From Pseudomonas aeruginosa (GTDB lineage: Bacteria > Pseudomonadota > Gammaproteobacteria > Pseudomonadales > Pseudomonadaceae): a stretch of 32,000 nt of DNA. A program made the position numbers and the translations under genes. The stretch spans positions 1,170,001 through 1,202,000 of the forward strand of contig NZ_LN831024.1 of the NCBI RefSeq assembly GCF_001457615.1. Direction: 5' to 3'. Shown piece after piece: positions 9,977 to 23,289 of the stretch; the stretch's first letter is position 1, and every line of letters starts with the position of its first letter. Below the pieces are notes generated by a model. That model saw only the letters and a list, made by a program, of their open reading frames with translations, was not told the DNA's origin and did no database searches.

Positions 9977-11809
9977 TCACAATGGAAACAGCCACGGAAT
10001 CACCAGCACGCAGACGAACATCACCAGCAGGGTAAATGGCACGCCGATCCGGACGAAGTCTCCGAAGCGGTATTGGCCAGGGCCCAGCACCAGGGTGTTC
10101 ACCGGCGAGGAAATCGGCGTCATGAAGGCTGCCGAGGCCGCCACCGCCACCACCATGGCGAAGGGGTAGGGCGAGGCGCCGATCTGCTTGGCGGTGGCGA
10201 TGGCGATCGGCGCCATCAGCACCGCGGTAGCGGTGTTGGAGATGAACAGGCCGATGGCCGCGGTGAGCAGGAACAGGCTGGCCAGCAGCACGCGCGGGCC
10301 GGCGTCGCCGAGGGCGTCGACCAGCAGCGAGACCACCAGGTCGATACCGCCGGTCTTCTGCAGGGCCAGGGCGAAGGGCAGCATGCCGACGATCAGGACC
10401 AGGCTTTGCCAATGGATGGCGCGGTAGGCGCCGTCCATGTCGATGCAACGGAACAGGCCCATCAACAGGCAGCCGACCAGTGCCGCGACCACGTTGGGCA
10501 CCACCCCGCTGACCATCAGCGCCACCATCACGGCCAGGCTGAGCAGGGCGTGCGGCGCCTTGCTCAGGGCCGGCGCCACCTCGTCGATCTCCGCCGGCAG
10601 GCTGAGCACCAGGAAATCGCGGTTGCGTCCCTGCAACTGGCGGATCGCCTTCCAGGCGCCGATCACCAGCAGGGTATCGCCCAGGCGCAGCTTCTCTTCC
10701 AGCATGCCGTCGGTGAGCGCTTCGTGGTCGCGACGCAGGCCGACCACGTTGAGCCCGTACTGCGAACGGAAGCCCAGTTCCAGGACGCTCTTGCCGAGCA
10801 GGGTGGAGTCCGGCGGCAGAGTCACCTCGGCCATGCCGACCTCCCGCGACTGGTCGATGAAGTAGCTGGCGCGGAACGGCAGGCGCACCAGGTTCAGCTC
10901 GGCGCAGCGCCGGTCCATGTCCTCCGGAGGGGCGAAGACGTCCAGCAGCAACACGTCGCCCGCCTTCAGCTCGGTGCTGCCGCCGACCTTGACCACCTCG
11001 CTGTGGAACTTGCGTACCCGCTCCAGGCCGACCACGTTGGCGCCCAGGCGGGTGCGCAGTTGCAGTTCTTCCAGGGTGCTGCCGATCAACGGCGAGCCGA
11101 GCTGGACCTGCAGGCGCCGTTCGCGGCCGGCCAGGCGATAGTCGCGGATCAGGTCGCGCAGGGTCCGCCGTGCCTTCGGCGCGCCGACTTCCGCCGGGCT
11201 GGCGGCGTTCAGCCAGTTGCGCGTGAGCAGCATGTAGGCCACGCCGATGGCGAGCACCATGAGGCCTATCGGGGTGAAGGCGAAGAAGCCGAAGCCGGCA
11301 TGACCCTCGCGCGCCAGCTCGCTGTTGACCACCATGTTCGGTGGCGTGGCGACCAGGGTCATCATGCCGCTGATCAGTCCGGCGAAGGCCAGCGGCATCA
11401 TCAGCCGGCCCGGAGGGATCTTCAGCTTGGCGGCGATGCTCAGGACCACCGGGATGAAGATCGCCACCACCCCGGTGGAACTCATCACCGAGCCCAACCC
11501 GGCCACCGCCAGCATCAGCAGTACCAGCAGGCGCGCTTCGCTGCTGCCGGCGCGGGCGATCAGCCAGTCGCCGACCTGGTAGGCCACCCCGGTACGCACC
11601 AGGCCTTCGCCGATCACGAACAGCGCGGCGATCAGTATCACGCTGGGATCGCTGAAGCCGGCCAGGGCTTCGTTGAGGGTAAGGGTTCCGCTGACGCTGA
11701 AGGCCATGATCACCAGCAGGGCGATCACGTCCAGGCGCAGGCGGTTGTGGATGAAGAGGGCGACGGTGGTGGCGAGCAGGCCGACCACCCAGAGCAGTTC
11801 GAGGTTCAT
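9977..11809 (-). CDS. SLC13/DASS-type (ArsB/NhaD-like) permease with TrkA-C (RCK_C) domains
   Basis: 610 aa, multiple TM segments, [23 protein letters not shown], internal hydrophilic RCK_C-like region ([14 protein letters not shown]...[11 protein letters not shown]), terminal [21 protein letters not shown]. Confidence 0.9.
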   Translation of the reverse strand: MNLELLWVVGLLATTVALFIHNRLRLDVIALLVIMAFSVSGTLTLNEALAGFSDPSVILIAALFVIGEGLVRTGVAYQVGDWLIARAGSSEARLLVLLMLAVAGLGSVMSSTGVVAIFIPVVLSIAAKLKIPPGRLMMPLAFAGLISGMMTLVATPPNMVVNSELAREGHAGFGFFAFTPIGLMVLAIGVAYMLLTRNWLNAASPAEVGAPKARRTLRDLIRDYRLAGRERRLQVQLGSPLIGSTLEELQLRTRLGANVVGLERVRKFHSEVVKVGGSTELKAGDVLLLDVFAPPEDMDRRCAELNLVRLPFRASYFIDQSREVGMAEVTLPPDSTLLGKSVLELGFRSQYGLNVVGLRRDHEALTDGMLEEKLRLGDTLLVIGAWKAIRQLQGRNRDFLVLSLPAEIDEVAPALSKAPHALLSLAVMVALMVSGVVPNVVAALVGCLLMGLFRCIDMDGAYRAIHWQSLVLIVGMLPFALALQKTGGIDLVVSLLVDALGDAGPRVLLASLFLLTAAIGLFISNTATAVLMAPIAIATAKQIGASPYPFAMVVAVAASAAFMTPISSPVNTLVLGPGQYRFGDFVRIGVPFTLLVMFVCVLVIPWLFPL

Positions 11810-11927
11810 GCGGGCATCTGAGCGGGAGGATGCCTGCGAGTGTGGCAGACGGACGCGGATCGCGCCTTGATCTGCTGCAGGTCGACGGCGCCTCCCCGCT
11901 TCGCCGCGGAGAGGCGCCGCGGCCCTG

Positions 11928-12722
11928 TCAGCCGAGGAGGAGGGCGTCGTCGGCGAGCTTCTCGCCGCGCACCTTCTCGAACATCGCCAGCAGGTCCGGT
12001 ACGTCGAGGCCCTTGCGTTGCTCGCCGGAGACGTCCAGCACCACCTGGCCCTGGTGCAGCATCACCGTGCGCTCGCCCACGTCCAGCGCCTGGCGCATGC
12101 TGTGGGTGACCATCATGGTGGTGAGTTTCTTCTCGGCGACGATCCGTGCGGTGAGATGCAGGACGAAGTCGGCGGTGCGCGGGTCGAGCGCCGCGGTGTG
12201 TTCGTCGAGCAACAGGATACGCGACGGCTGCAGCGCCGCCATCAGCAGGCTGACGGCCTGGCGCTGGCCGCCGGAGAGCAGGCCGATGCGGTCGCCGAGG
12301 CGGTTCTCCAGGCCGAGGCCGAGGGTCGCCAGGCTTTCCCGGAAACCGTCGCGCATCGATGCCTGCACCGCCCTGCCGAGGCCGCGACCGGCACCGCGAC
12401 GCTGCGCCAGGGCCATGTTCTCCTCGATGGTGAGGTCCTCGCAGGTACCCGCCATGGGGTCCTGGAACACCCGCGCGACGCGGTTGGCGCGGGCCCAGAC
12501 CGGCTTGCGGGTGACGTCTTCGTCGTCGATCAGGATCTGCCCGCTGTCGATCGGCAGGTCGCCGGAGACTGCGTTGAGGAAGGTCGACTTGCCGGCGCCG
12601 TTGGAGCCGATCACGGTGACGAACTGGCCGGCCGGGATGTCCAGCGACAGGCCGCGCAGGGCGCGGGTCTCGATGGGGGTGCCGGGGTTGAAGGTGATCT
12701 TCAGGTTCTTCGCGCTGAGCAT
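11928..12722 (-). CDS. ABC transporter ATP-binding protein
   Basis: Walker [10 protein letters not shown], signature [14 protein letters not shown], Walker [17 protein letters not shown] at 12722; the ORF-track extension to 13238 overlaps the permease gene and is not used. Confidence 0.94.
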   Translation of the reverse strand: MLSAKNLKITFNPGTPIETRALRGLSLDIPAGQFVTVIGSNGAGKSTFLNAVSGDLPIDSGQILIDDEDVTRKPVWARANRVARVFQDPMAGTCEDLTIEENMALAQRRGAGRGLGRAVQASMRDGFRESLATLGLGLENRLGDRIGLLSGGQRQAVSLLMAALQPSRILLLDEHTAALDPRTADFVLHLTARIVAEKKLTTMMVTHSMRQALDVGERTVMLHQGQVVLDVSGEQRKGLDVPDLLAMFEKVRGEKLADDALLLG

Positions 12723-12724
12723 GG

Positions 12725-13615
12725 TCAGGCTCCCTTCTTGCCGAGCAGGCGTTTCTTCATCATCGGAATCACCAGGGCGACGGTGACCAGCACCGCGGTG
12801 ACCAGGTTCAGGTCTTGGGCCTGCAAGCCGATGAAATCGCTGTTCAGCGCCAGGGCGATGAAGAAGCGGTAGACGATGGCACCGAGGATCACCGCGAGGG
12901 TCGCCAGGATCAGCCGGCGCGAGGGCAGGATGCTCTCGCCGACGATCACCGCCGCCAGGCCGATGACGATGGTGCCGATACCCATGGAGATATCGGCGCC
13001 GCCCTGGGTCTGCGCGAACAGCGCGCCGGCCAACGCCACCAGCGCGTTGGAGATGGCCATGCCGAGCAGGATCATGCCGCCGGTGTTGACCCCCTGGGCA
13101 CGGGCCATCCGCGGGTTGGAGCCGGTGGCGCGGATCGCCAGGCCTTTCTGGGTGGTGAAGAACCAGTCCAGCAGCAGCTTCGCGGCGATCACGATGAACA
13201 CCAGCAGCAGCGGGCGGAACACGTAGTCGCTGAGCCATTCCGGCTGCAGCAGGGTGAACAATGTCGGCTCGGCGATCAGCGGTACGTTGGGCTTGCCCAT
13301 GATGCGCAGGTTGATCGAGTAGAGCGCGATCATCATCAGGATGCTGGCGAGCAGGTCCATGATCTTCAGCTTGACGTTGAGCAGGCCGGTGGCCAGCCCG
13401 GCCAGTGCACCGGCGGCGGTGGCCGCCAGGGTCGCGCTGTACGGGTCCCAGCCAAGGGCGATGAGGGTCGCGCAGACCGCGCCGCCGAGCGGGAAGCTGC
13501 CGTCCACCGTGAGGTCGGGGAAGCGCAGCAGGCGGAAGGAGATGAATACGCCGAGTGCCACGAGGCTGAAGATCAGGCCGATCTCCAGGGCACCGAACAG
13601 GGAAAACAGAGACAT
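12725..13615 (-). CDS. ABC transporter permease (branched-chain-like/TrpY-type)
   Basis: 296 aa hydrophobic protein MSLFSLFGALEIGLIFSLVALGVFISFRLLRFPDLTVDGSFPLGGAV...; 2 nt upstream of ATPase gene. Confidence 0.92.
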   Translation of the reverse strand: MSLFSLFGALEIGLIFSLVALGVFISFRLLRFPDLTVDGSFPLGGAVCATLIALGWDPYSATLAATAAGALAGLATGLLNVKLKIMDLLASILMMIALYSINLRIMGKPNVPLIAEPTLFTLLQPEWLSDYVFRPLLLVFIVIAAKLLLDWFFTTQKGLAIRATGSNPRMARAQGVNTGGMILLGMAISNALVALAGALFAQTQGGADISMGIGTIVIGLAAVIVGESILPSRRLILATLAVILGAIVYRFFIALALNSDFIGLQAQDLNLVTAVLVTVALVIPMMKKRLLGKKGA

Positions 13616-13698
13616 GACTTCGTAACCGAGTGCGTGAAGGCAGGATTATCGTGCCGTCCGGCCACGGGCGGGACGCCCGCGGCCGGCGGCCGCTTTTT

Positions 13699-14676
13699 TT
13701 ACTTGATGACTTCCGCGGCCGACTTGAGCAGTTCGTCGGACAGGGTCACGCCTTGCTTCTGCGCGGCCCCGGGATTGACGAACAGCTGCAGGTTGTCGCT
13801 GGTCTCCGGCTTGATCTCGCCCGGCTTCTCGCCCTTGAGGATGCGCACCACCATGCGGCCGGTCTGCTTGCCCATCTCCTTGTAGTTGATGCCGAGGGCG
13901 GCGATGGCGCCGCGCTTGACGCTGTCGGTGTCGGAGGCGATCAGCGGGATCTTCGCGTCGTTGCCGACCTTGACCAGCGCCTCGTAGGCGGACACCACGT
14001 TGTTGTCGGTGTTGGTGTAGATCGCGTCGACCTTGCCGACCAGGCTGCGCGCCGCCGAGCTGACGTCCACCGAACGCGGTGCCGAGGCTTCGACCAGGCT
14101 CAGGCCCATCTTCGGCAGCAGTTCCTTCAGCTCCTTGACCACCACCACGGAGTTGGCTTCGCCCGGGTTGTAGACCATGCCGATGCGCTTGGCGCCCGGC
14201 ACCACTTTCTTGATCAGCTCGATCTGCTTGTCCAGCGCGAGCATGTCGGAAACCCCGGTGACGTTGGTGCCGGAGGCTTCCCAGCTCGGCGTCAGGTGCG
14301 CGCCGACCGGGTCGGTGACGGTGCTGAAGACGATCGGGATGCTCTTGGTCGCGGCCACCAGCGCCTGGGCCGACGGAGTGGCGATGCCGACGATCACGTC
14401 GGGCTTGTCGCCGATGAACTTGCGGGCGATCTGCGCGGCGGTGCCGGTGTTGCCCTGGGCGCTCTGGTACTGCCACTTGAGGTTCTTGCCGTCTTCGTAG
14501 CCGGCCTCCTGGAGGGCCTCCTTGACCCCGTCGCGAGCGGCGTCCAGCGCCGGGTGCTCGACGATGGCGGTCACGGCCACCGACTTCTGCTCTTCGGCGT
14601 TGGCGCCGAAGGACAGGGCCATGCCAAGGGCCAGGGCACTGAGGGGCAACCATTTATTCTTATAGGCCTGCATCAT
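13699..14676 (-). CDS. ABC transporter substrate-binding protein (ABC_sub_bind, TrpX-like)
   Basis: Signal peptide MMQAYKNKWLPLSALALGMALSFGANA; KSVAVTAIVEHPALDAARDGVKEALQEAGYEDGKNLKWQYQSAQG; same strand as permease and ATPase. Confidence 0.93.
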   Translation of the reverse strand: MMQAYKNKWLPLSALALGMALSFGANAEEQKSVAVTAIVEHPALDAARDGVKEALQEAGYEDGKNLKWQYQSAQGNTGTAAQIARKFIGDKPDVIVGIATPSAQALVAATKSIPIVFSTVTDPVGAHLTPSWEASGTNVTGVSDMLALDKQIELIKKVVPGAKRIGMVYNPGEANSVVVVKELKELLPKMGLSLVEASAPRSVDVSSAARSLVGKVDAIYTNTDNNVVSAYEALVKVGNDAKIPLIASDTDSVKRGAIAALGINYKEMGKQTGRMVVRILKGEKPGEIKPETSDNLQLFVNPGAAQKQGVTLSDELLKSAAEVIK

Positions 14677-15043
14677 GCGGCGATCTCCTGATTGTATTGG
14701 CGCGCTGTAGCGAATTGTTCTGATTGGGCGGTGCGGGTACAGCGTGGCCGAAACATCGCATTTTTCGCGCAAGTCGTCAGCAGGTTTGATGTTTTTTCTT
14801 GCGGTGGGATTACCGCTGGGGGGCAAGGGGGAGTGCCTGCCTTTGCGAAAATTCGATGAGGGCCCGCGTGGCCTCCGAACAGAAGGTCATCGGTTTCGAG
14901 CCCAACCAAAGATATGTGGCCAATTGATGGCCTTGTGGTACACGTCTCCCGAGTTGCAAGGACGCGTACCGCACCGCCTGCCTGGGAGCGGTGCTTTGCG
15001 CCCGGTCTGCGTGCCTGCCATGGGGGTGGGCTCTGGGGGATGC

Positions 15044-15187
15044 ATGGTGGGGCGTTGGAGTGCGTGGATCGTCGCCGTGGCGATCTGTCTCATGGTCGGG
15101 GACGCGACCGCCGCTGGCTGGCGTTCGGCAAACTTCCGTGTCTATAGCGGCGCAGGCCTACAACCGTTACTCCTATGGCTGGAATAA
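15044..15187 (+). pseudogene. Truncated small secreted-protein gene (signal peptide only), fused into Rhs DNA
   Basis: GGGGGA at 15035-15040, ATG at 15044, MVGRWSAWIVAVAICLMVGDATAAGWRSANFRVYSG then GAGLQPLLLWLE*, the last part being Rhs-core DNA read out of frame. Confidence 0.5.
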
Positions 15188-15512
15188 TCCGATCGCCAGT
15201 GTGGATCCGACAGGGTATGCGTTGGAGGAGATTTCTTCGTCCAAAAGTTGGTACTCGCCAGTTATTGATAATAGTTGGTTGTTCTTGAGCAACTTGTGGA
15301 TGGGGAATGGTCCGGAAAGTGGCTTCGAATTTAGCCTGGGCATTTTAAAAGGAGGGCTATCCTTTTCTCAGTCTATGTCATGGGTCAATCCAGTTGCCGG
15401 AGGTGTTCAATATCTTTCGAATAACTGGGCTTCTCAAGCTATTTGGGGTGAAGGGTTTAGTGAGTTAATATCTTATAAAAATATCGATCAGTGCTGGCGG
15501 TGGCTTGTTTGA
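15150..15512 (+). pseudogene. Rhs-core terminal fragment plus start of C-terminal domain (orphan Rhs-CT, 5' part)
   Basis: Frame encodes AQAYNRYSYGWNNPIASVDPTGYALEEISSSKSWYSPVIDNS...; YNRYSYGWNNP..DPTGY is the conserved end of Rhs cores. No credible start and no full core upstream. Confidence 0.8.
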
Positions 15513-16041
15513 TGTTGGCAGTGTCTTTCTTCCTGTCGGGCGCGCAATAGTTTCTGTAGGTTTTGACTTTATGTTCGGGGCCGTCTCGGGAGCGGAGCGC
15601 GGTCTAGGAGGGCGTGGTGGCCATAAATATGCTGCTGGTATACTTTCTGGGGGTAGTGGGAAAGCGTTCGCAGGGCACGGTAAATATGTTTTCGGTAGCG
15701 GGGATTTTTGGGTGCCTGATGGGCCGTACATAACTCTTCCAAGGCCTGGAATTAATATTCTGGATGAAACCGGTCGATTTATTGAATTGGGTGATTGGGC
15801 TGGTTTGGCGCAGGCTGCAAAAATTAATCCGAGACTTGCAGGTGATATTGAAGGCATGGCTACTTATTTGCCGCGTGCTGAGATTCCTAACTATACTCTA
15901 AGTGCTCCAGCTGCTAGAGGTCCAGCATTGCATATCGATGGAAACTCAACGACTGTTGAGTTCAGTACCCCCTTGGAAAAACTATTACAGCTTGGGATGG
16001 GATGCGTGCAGTGGGCTGCTTGTACAACATTTGCGAGGTAG
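15505..16041 (+). CDS. Rhs C-terminal toxin-like/effector domain (3' part, frameshifted from preceding fragment)
   Basis: Starts only at a TTG; GGGLFDVGSVFLPVGRAIVSVGFDF is a typical Rhs-CT spacer composition. Downstream GHGKYVFGSGDFWVPDGPYITLPRPGINILDETGRFIELGD...GMGCVQWAACTTFAR is a compact novel-looking domain, loosely reminiscent of Stv-adhesin-like domains. Confidence 0.6.
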   Translation: MFDVGSVFLPVGRAIVSVGFDFMFGAVSGAERGLGGRGGHKYAAGILSGGSGKAFAGHGKYVFGSGDFWVPDGPYITLPRPGINILDETGRFIELGDWAGLAQAAKINPRLAGDIEGMATYLPRAEIPNYTLSAPAARGPALHIDGNSTTVEFSTPLEKLLQLGMGCVQWAACTTFAR

Positions 16042-16048
16042 GTGATTT

Positions 16049-16492
16049 ATGTATTTCCCAGACATGTCTTTTTATTCGTATTTTCTTTTGAGGCCGTTAG
16101 GTAGTGTAAGAAACATAGGTTGGTTAGGAAGAGGGCAGCAGTACTCCAGGGGGCGGGTAAGTTCTGGATTGCTTGATAAATTGAAGTTGATAATTATGTC
16201 GGAGGGGGCGGTTGATTTCCACGTTAATAGAGTAATGAGCGCACATGAGTGTGTAGTCGCTGGATGTCGGGATTTGTTCGTGGGAGATGTTGGTTTGGGT
16301 TTTTCTGAAATATGGATTCCTGGAGTTGAGAAAGGAGCATATTTTGCATCTCCTTCGTTGATACTTCATTATATTGAAGAGCATGATTATTGCCCTCCAC
16401 AGATGTATTCGGAGGCGGTGATGGCTGTTGATTTGGAAATTGGCTATAAAGCCCAGGAGGTATATGTGGGGCTTGTGGCTGGCCATTTTTAG
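16049..16492 (+). CDS. Small protein, candidate cognate immunity protein for the Rhs-CT
   Basis: 147-aa ORF beginning 7 nt after the CT stop; AT-rich codons; SEIWIPGVEKGAYFASPSLILHYIEEHDYCPPQMYSEAVMAVDL. Assigned by position and composition, not by a known domain. Confidence 0.55.
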   Translation: MYFPDMSFYSYFLLRPLGSVRNIGWLGRGQQYSRGRVSSGLLDKLKLIIMSEGAVDFHVNRVMSAHECVVAGCRDLFVGDVGLGFSEIWIPGVEKGAYFASPSLILHYIEEHDYCPPQMYSEAVMAVDLEIGYKAQEVYVGLVAGHF

Positions 16493-16696
16493 ATTTATCG
16501 AGTCTTGCGGTTATTAGGTCTGTTCCAACCTATTGATAAGATTCTTCTGAAAGTTTTTCAGGCTTTAAGGGCCAAGCTAGGGTTCTTTGTCAATGAGGGG
16601 CTGGAAGGTTATGGGGAGGTCGGTCAGAAAAAGCATAAGTTTTTTTGGTTCAGTCAGGAAGTATGACGTGAAGGTTGAGCACCAGAGAGGGATGTG

Positions 16697-17080
16697 ATGG
16701 CTGATTTTGAATATTATACTAAAGGTGATATGGCGCTACGGTGTAATTCAGAAGGGTTGTGGTATTTGTCCGTGGGGGATCAGGTTTTTTTTCTCCAGGA
16801 GGAAGAGAGTTTTTGGAGGGTTCTGGTTTTATTGGAGAAACCTTACGAAGAGGTTAGGGAAAAGCTTGGGCGGGGATTTTGTTACTTAAATGTTGTTTTG
16901 GTGGGACTAGATAGTGAGTCTGACTACTGGATTGGTTTGGCACTTTCTTGGATAGAGCAAGGAGGAGCAGAAGCCAGTGATCTACTACTAGCACGCTTGA
17001 AGGGGGTGGTTGAGGGGCGGAGCGCCAATCAAAAAAACAGGCATAAAGCTTTTTCAGTATTGAGAAAAATAGGTGGGTAA
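16697..17080 (+). CDS. Small hypothetical protein, possible second/orphan immunity protein
   Basis: ATG at 16697 preceded by AGAGAGGG; MADFEYYTKGDMALRCNSEGLWYLSVGDQVFFLQEEESFWRVLVLLEKPYEEV...; AT-rich island context. Confidence 0.5.
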   Translation: MADFEYYTKGDMALRCNSEGLWYLSVGDQVFFLQEEESFWRVLVLLEKPYEEVREKLGRGFCYLNVVLVGLDSESDYWIGLALSWIEQGGAEASDLLLARLKGVVEGRSANQKNRHKAFSVLRKIGG

Positions 17081-17320
17081 CTACTTGTGTATTGGTTTTT
17101 CTAAAAGCATAGTTGCTTTAGTTGGTTGATAGAGCGGGTTTTTAAGTTTTTGCAGTGAGTGTTGTTATTGTGTTTTTTTGTTATGGCTGGTTTGAAACTT
17201 TTTGTTGGTGTTTTCTGTTTCTAGATTTAAGACGGTTTCTATGGCCAGGATACTGATTTTTTAGTGGGGTGGTGAAGAAATGCTTTGTATATCGTTGAAA
17301 AATGGCATTTAGGAGGTTAT

Positions 17321-17671
17321 ATGGGCAAGAGAGTGGTTGTATTGCTATGGCTGCTATTCACATCAATGTCAGCCCACGCCATCGATAAAAAAGTCAACAA
17401 CGTTACCATCATGCGCGTGGGCTTCATGGTGGACGCGAATTCTCCGGGTGGAGGCTGGGGCTGCATCGTCAGCAAGCCGGGAGCGGCGGATTGCGGCTTT
17501 GGCCTGATGCGCCTGCCGCCGATGAATACCGATGCCGGCAAGGCCATGCTGTCGCTGATGCTGAGCGCCCAGGCCACACAGAACAAACTGCCGGAGATCG
17601 CCTATTCGGCCAGCGCCACGGTGAACGCGGTATGCCAGATCACTTCGGCGCAGATAGACAGCGGCGCCTGA
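17321..17671 (+). CDS. Small secreted/periplasmic hypothetical protein (PAO1 PA3835-like)
   Basis: AGGAGG at 17311-17316, ATG 17321, signal peptide MGKRVVVLLWLLFTSMSAHA then IDKKVNNVTIMRVGFMVDANSPGGGWGC. Confidence 0.75.
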   Translation: MGKRVVVLLWLLFTSMSAHAIDKKVNNVTIMRVGFMVDANSPGGGWGCIVSKPGAADCGFGLMRLPPMNTDAGKAMLSLMLSAQATQNKLPEIAYSASATVNAVCQITSAQIDSGA

Positions 17672-17717
17672 GGGGAGAAAGGTACGAGGCCGCAGCCCCG
17701 TACCTTGGCGAGAGTGC

Positions 17718-20570
<2,853 letters not shown>

Positions 20571-20690
20571 GCGAAAGGGGACCAAAGCTGAATATGGCTG
20601 GGGAAAATGCGAAGAAAGTCCGGGAGTATAGCGGGGATGGCGGCCCGGGGGTAAGGCCGCGGGCCGCGGCGGGCGCCCGCCGCGTCCGGA

Positions 20691-21059
20691 TCAGCCGTTG
20701 CGTTGGCCGAGCAGGCGACCCAGGCGGGCTTGCAGGCGGCGGCGCAGTTCGGCTTCGATCTGCGGGGCGAAGTCGTCGATGACTTCCTGCAGGATCAGTT
20801 CGGCGGACGCTCGCAACTCGTCGTCCAGGCGCTCCTGTTCGGCGGGCGCCAGCCCTGCCGTGGTGGCTGCCGCGGTCTGCGGCTCTGGCGCGCGCGGGGC
20901 GGTACCGGGGGAGACGACGTCGGAGAGCAGGGGAATGTTGTCCGGCTCGAAGGATTCGGTCAGCAAGGGCGGCTCGTTCCGTTCGTAGAGCAGGTCGTGG
21001 ATCGACTCCAGGTCATCGAGCAACTGCTCCGGGGGTTGTGTCGGTTTGTGGCTGTCCAT
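20691..21059 (-). CDS. Hypothetical acidic protein between valS and holC
   Basis: 122-aa ORF MDSHKPTQPPEQLLDDLESIHDLLYERNEPPL..., co-directional with holC and valS. Confidence 0.8.
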   Translation of the reverse strand: MDSHKPTQPPEQLLDDLESIHDLLYERNEPPLLTESFEPDNIPLLSDVVSPGTAPRAPEPQTAAATTAGLAPAEQERLDDELRASAELILQEVIDDFAPQIEAELRRRLQARLGRLLGQRNG

Positions 21060-21070
21060 GGTCGTGCACT

Positions 21071-23034
<1,964 letters not shown>

Positions 23035-23289
23035 TTAGCGGTAAGCGATTGTTCCGAGCACGATTCGTCCCGAGGACTGACGGTCGCCGCCGGGGCGGTG
23101 ACGCAGGCAGCGACAGCTTAGTCGTTGCGGCGGGGGTCGTTCCATGCCGAGGATGGCAACCGAGGTTCTACAGCGCCGGAGCCGGGTTGGCGGTGCCTCC
23201 CGGCCGTTGCCGCACATGGTCGCACAACTGCGGCGTGTCTGGCACGACTGTGTACGCACGGGAACCCGCGGCCATGCCGCGTCCCTATA

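Noticed and set aside
9818-11821. 667-aa plus-strand ORF opposite the SLC13 transporter
   Set aside because: Composition dominated by H/Q/D/G (for example [15 protein letters not shown]); antisense artefact.
11928-13238. N-terminal extension of the ABC ATPase ORF through the permease gene
   Set aside because: The extension overlaps a clear permease CDS; the real start is ATG 12722 ([24 protein letters not shown]).
16124-16486. 120-aa minus-strand ORF opposite the candidate immunity gene
   Set aside because: The plus-strand ORF has tight linkage to the CT; the antisense ORF has no ribosome-binding or domain support, though it cannot be excluded.
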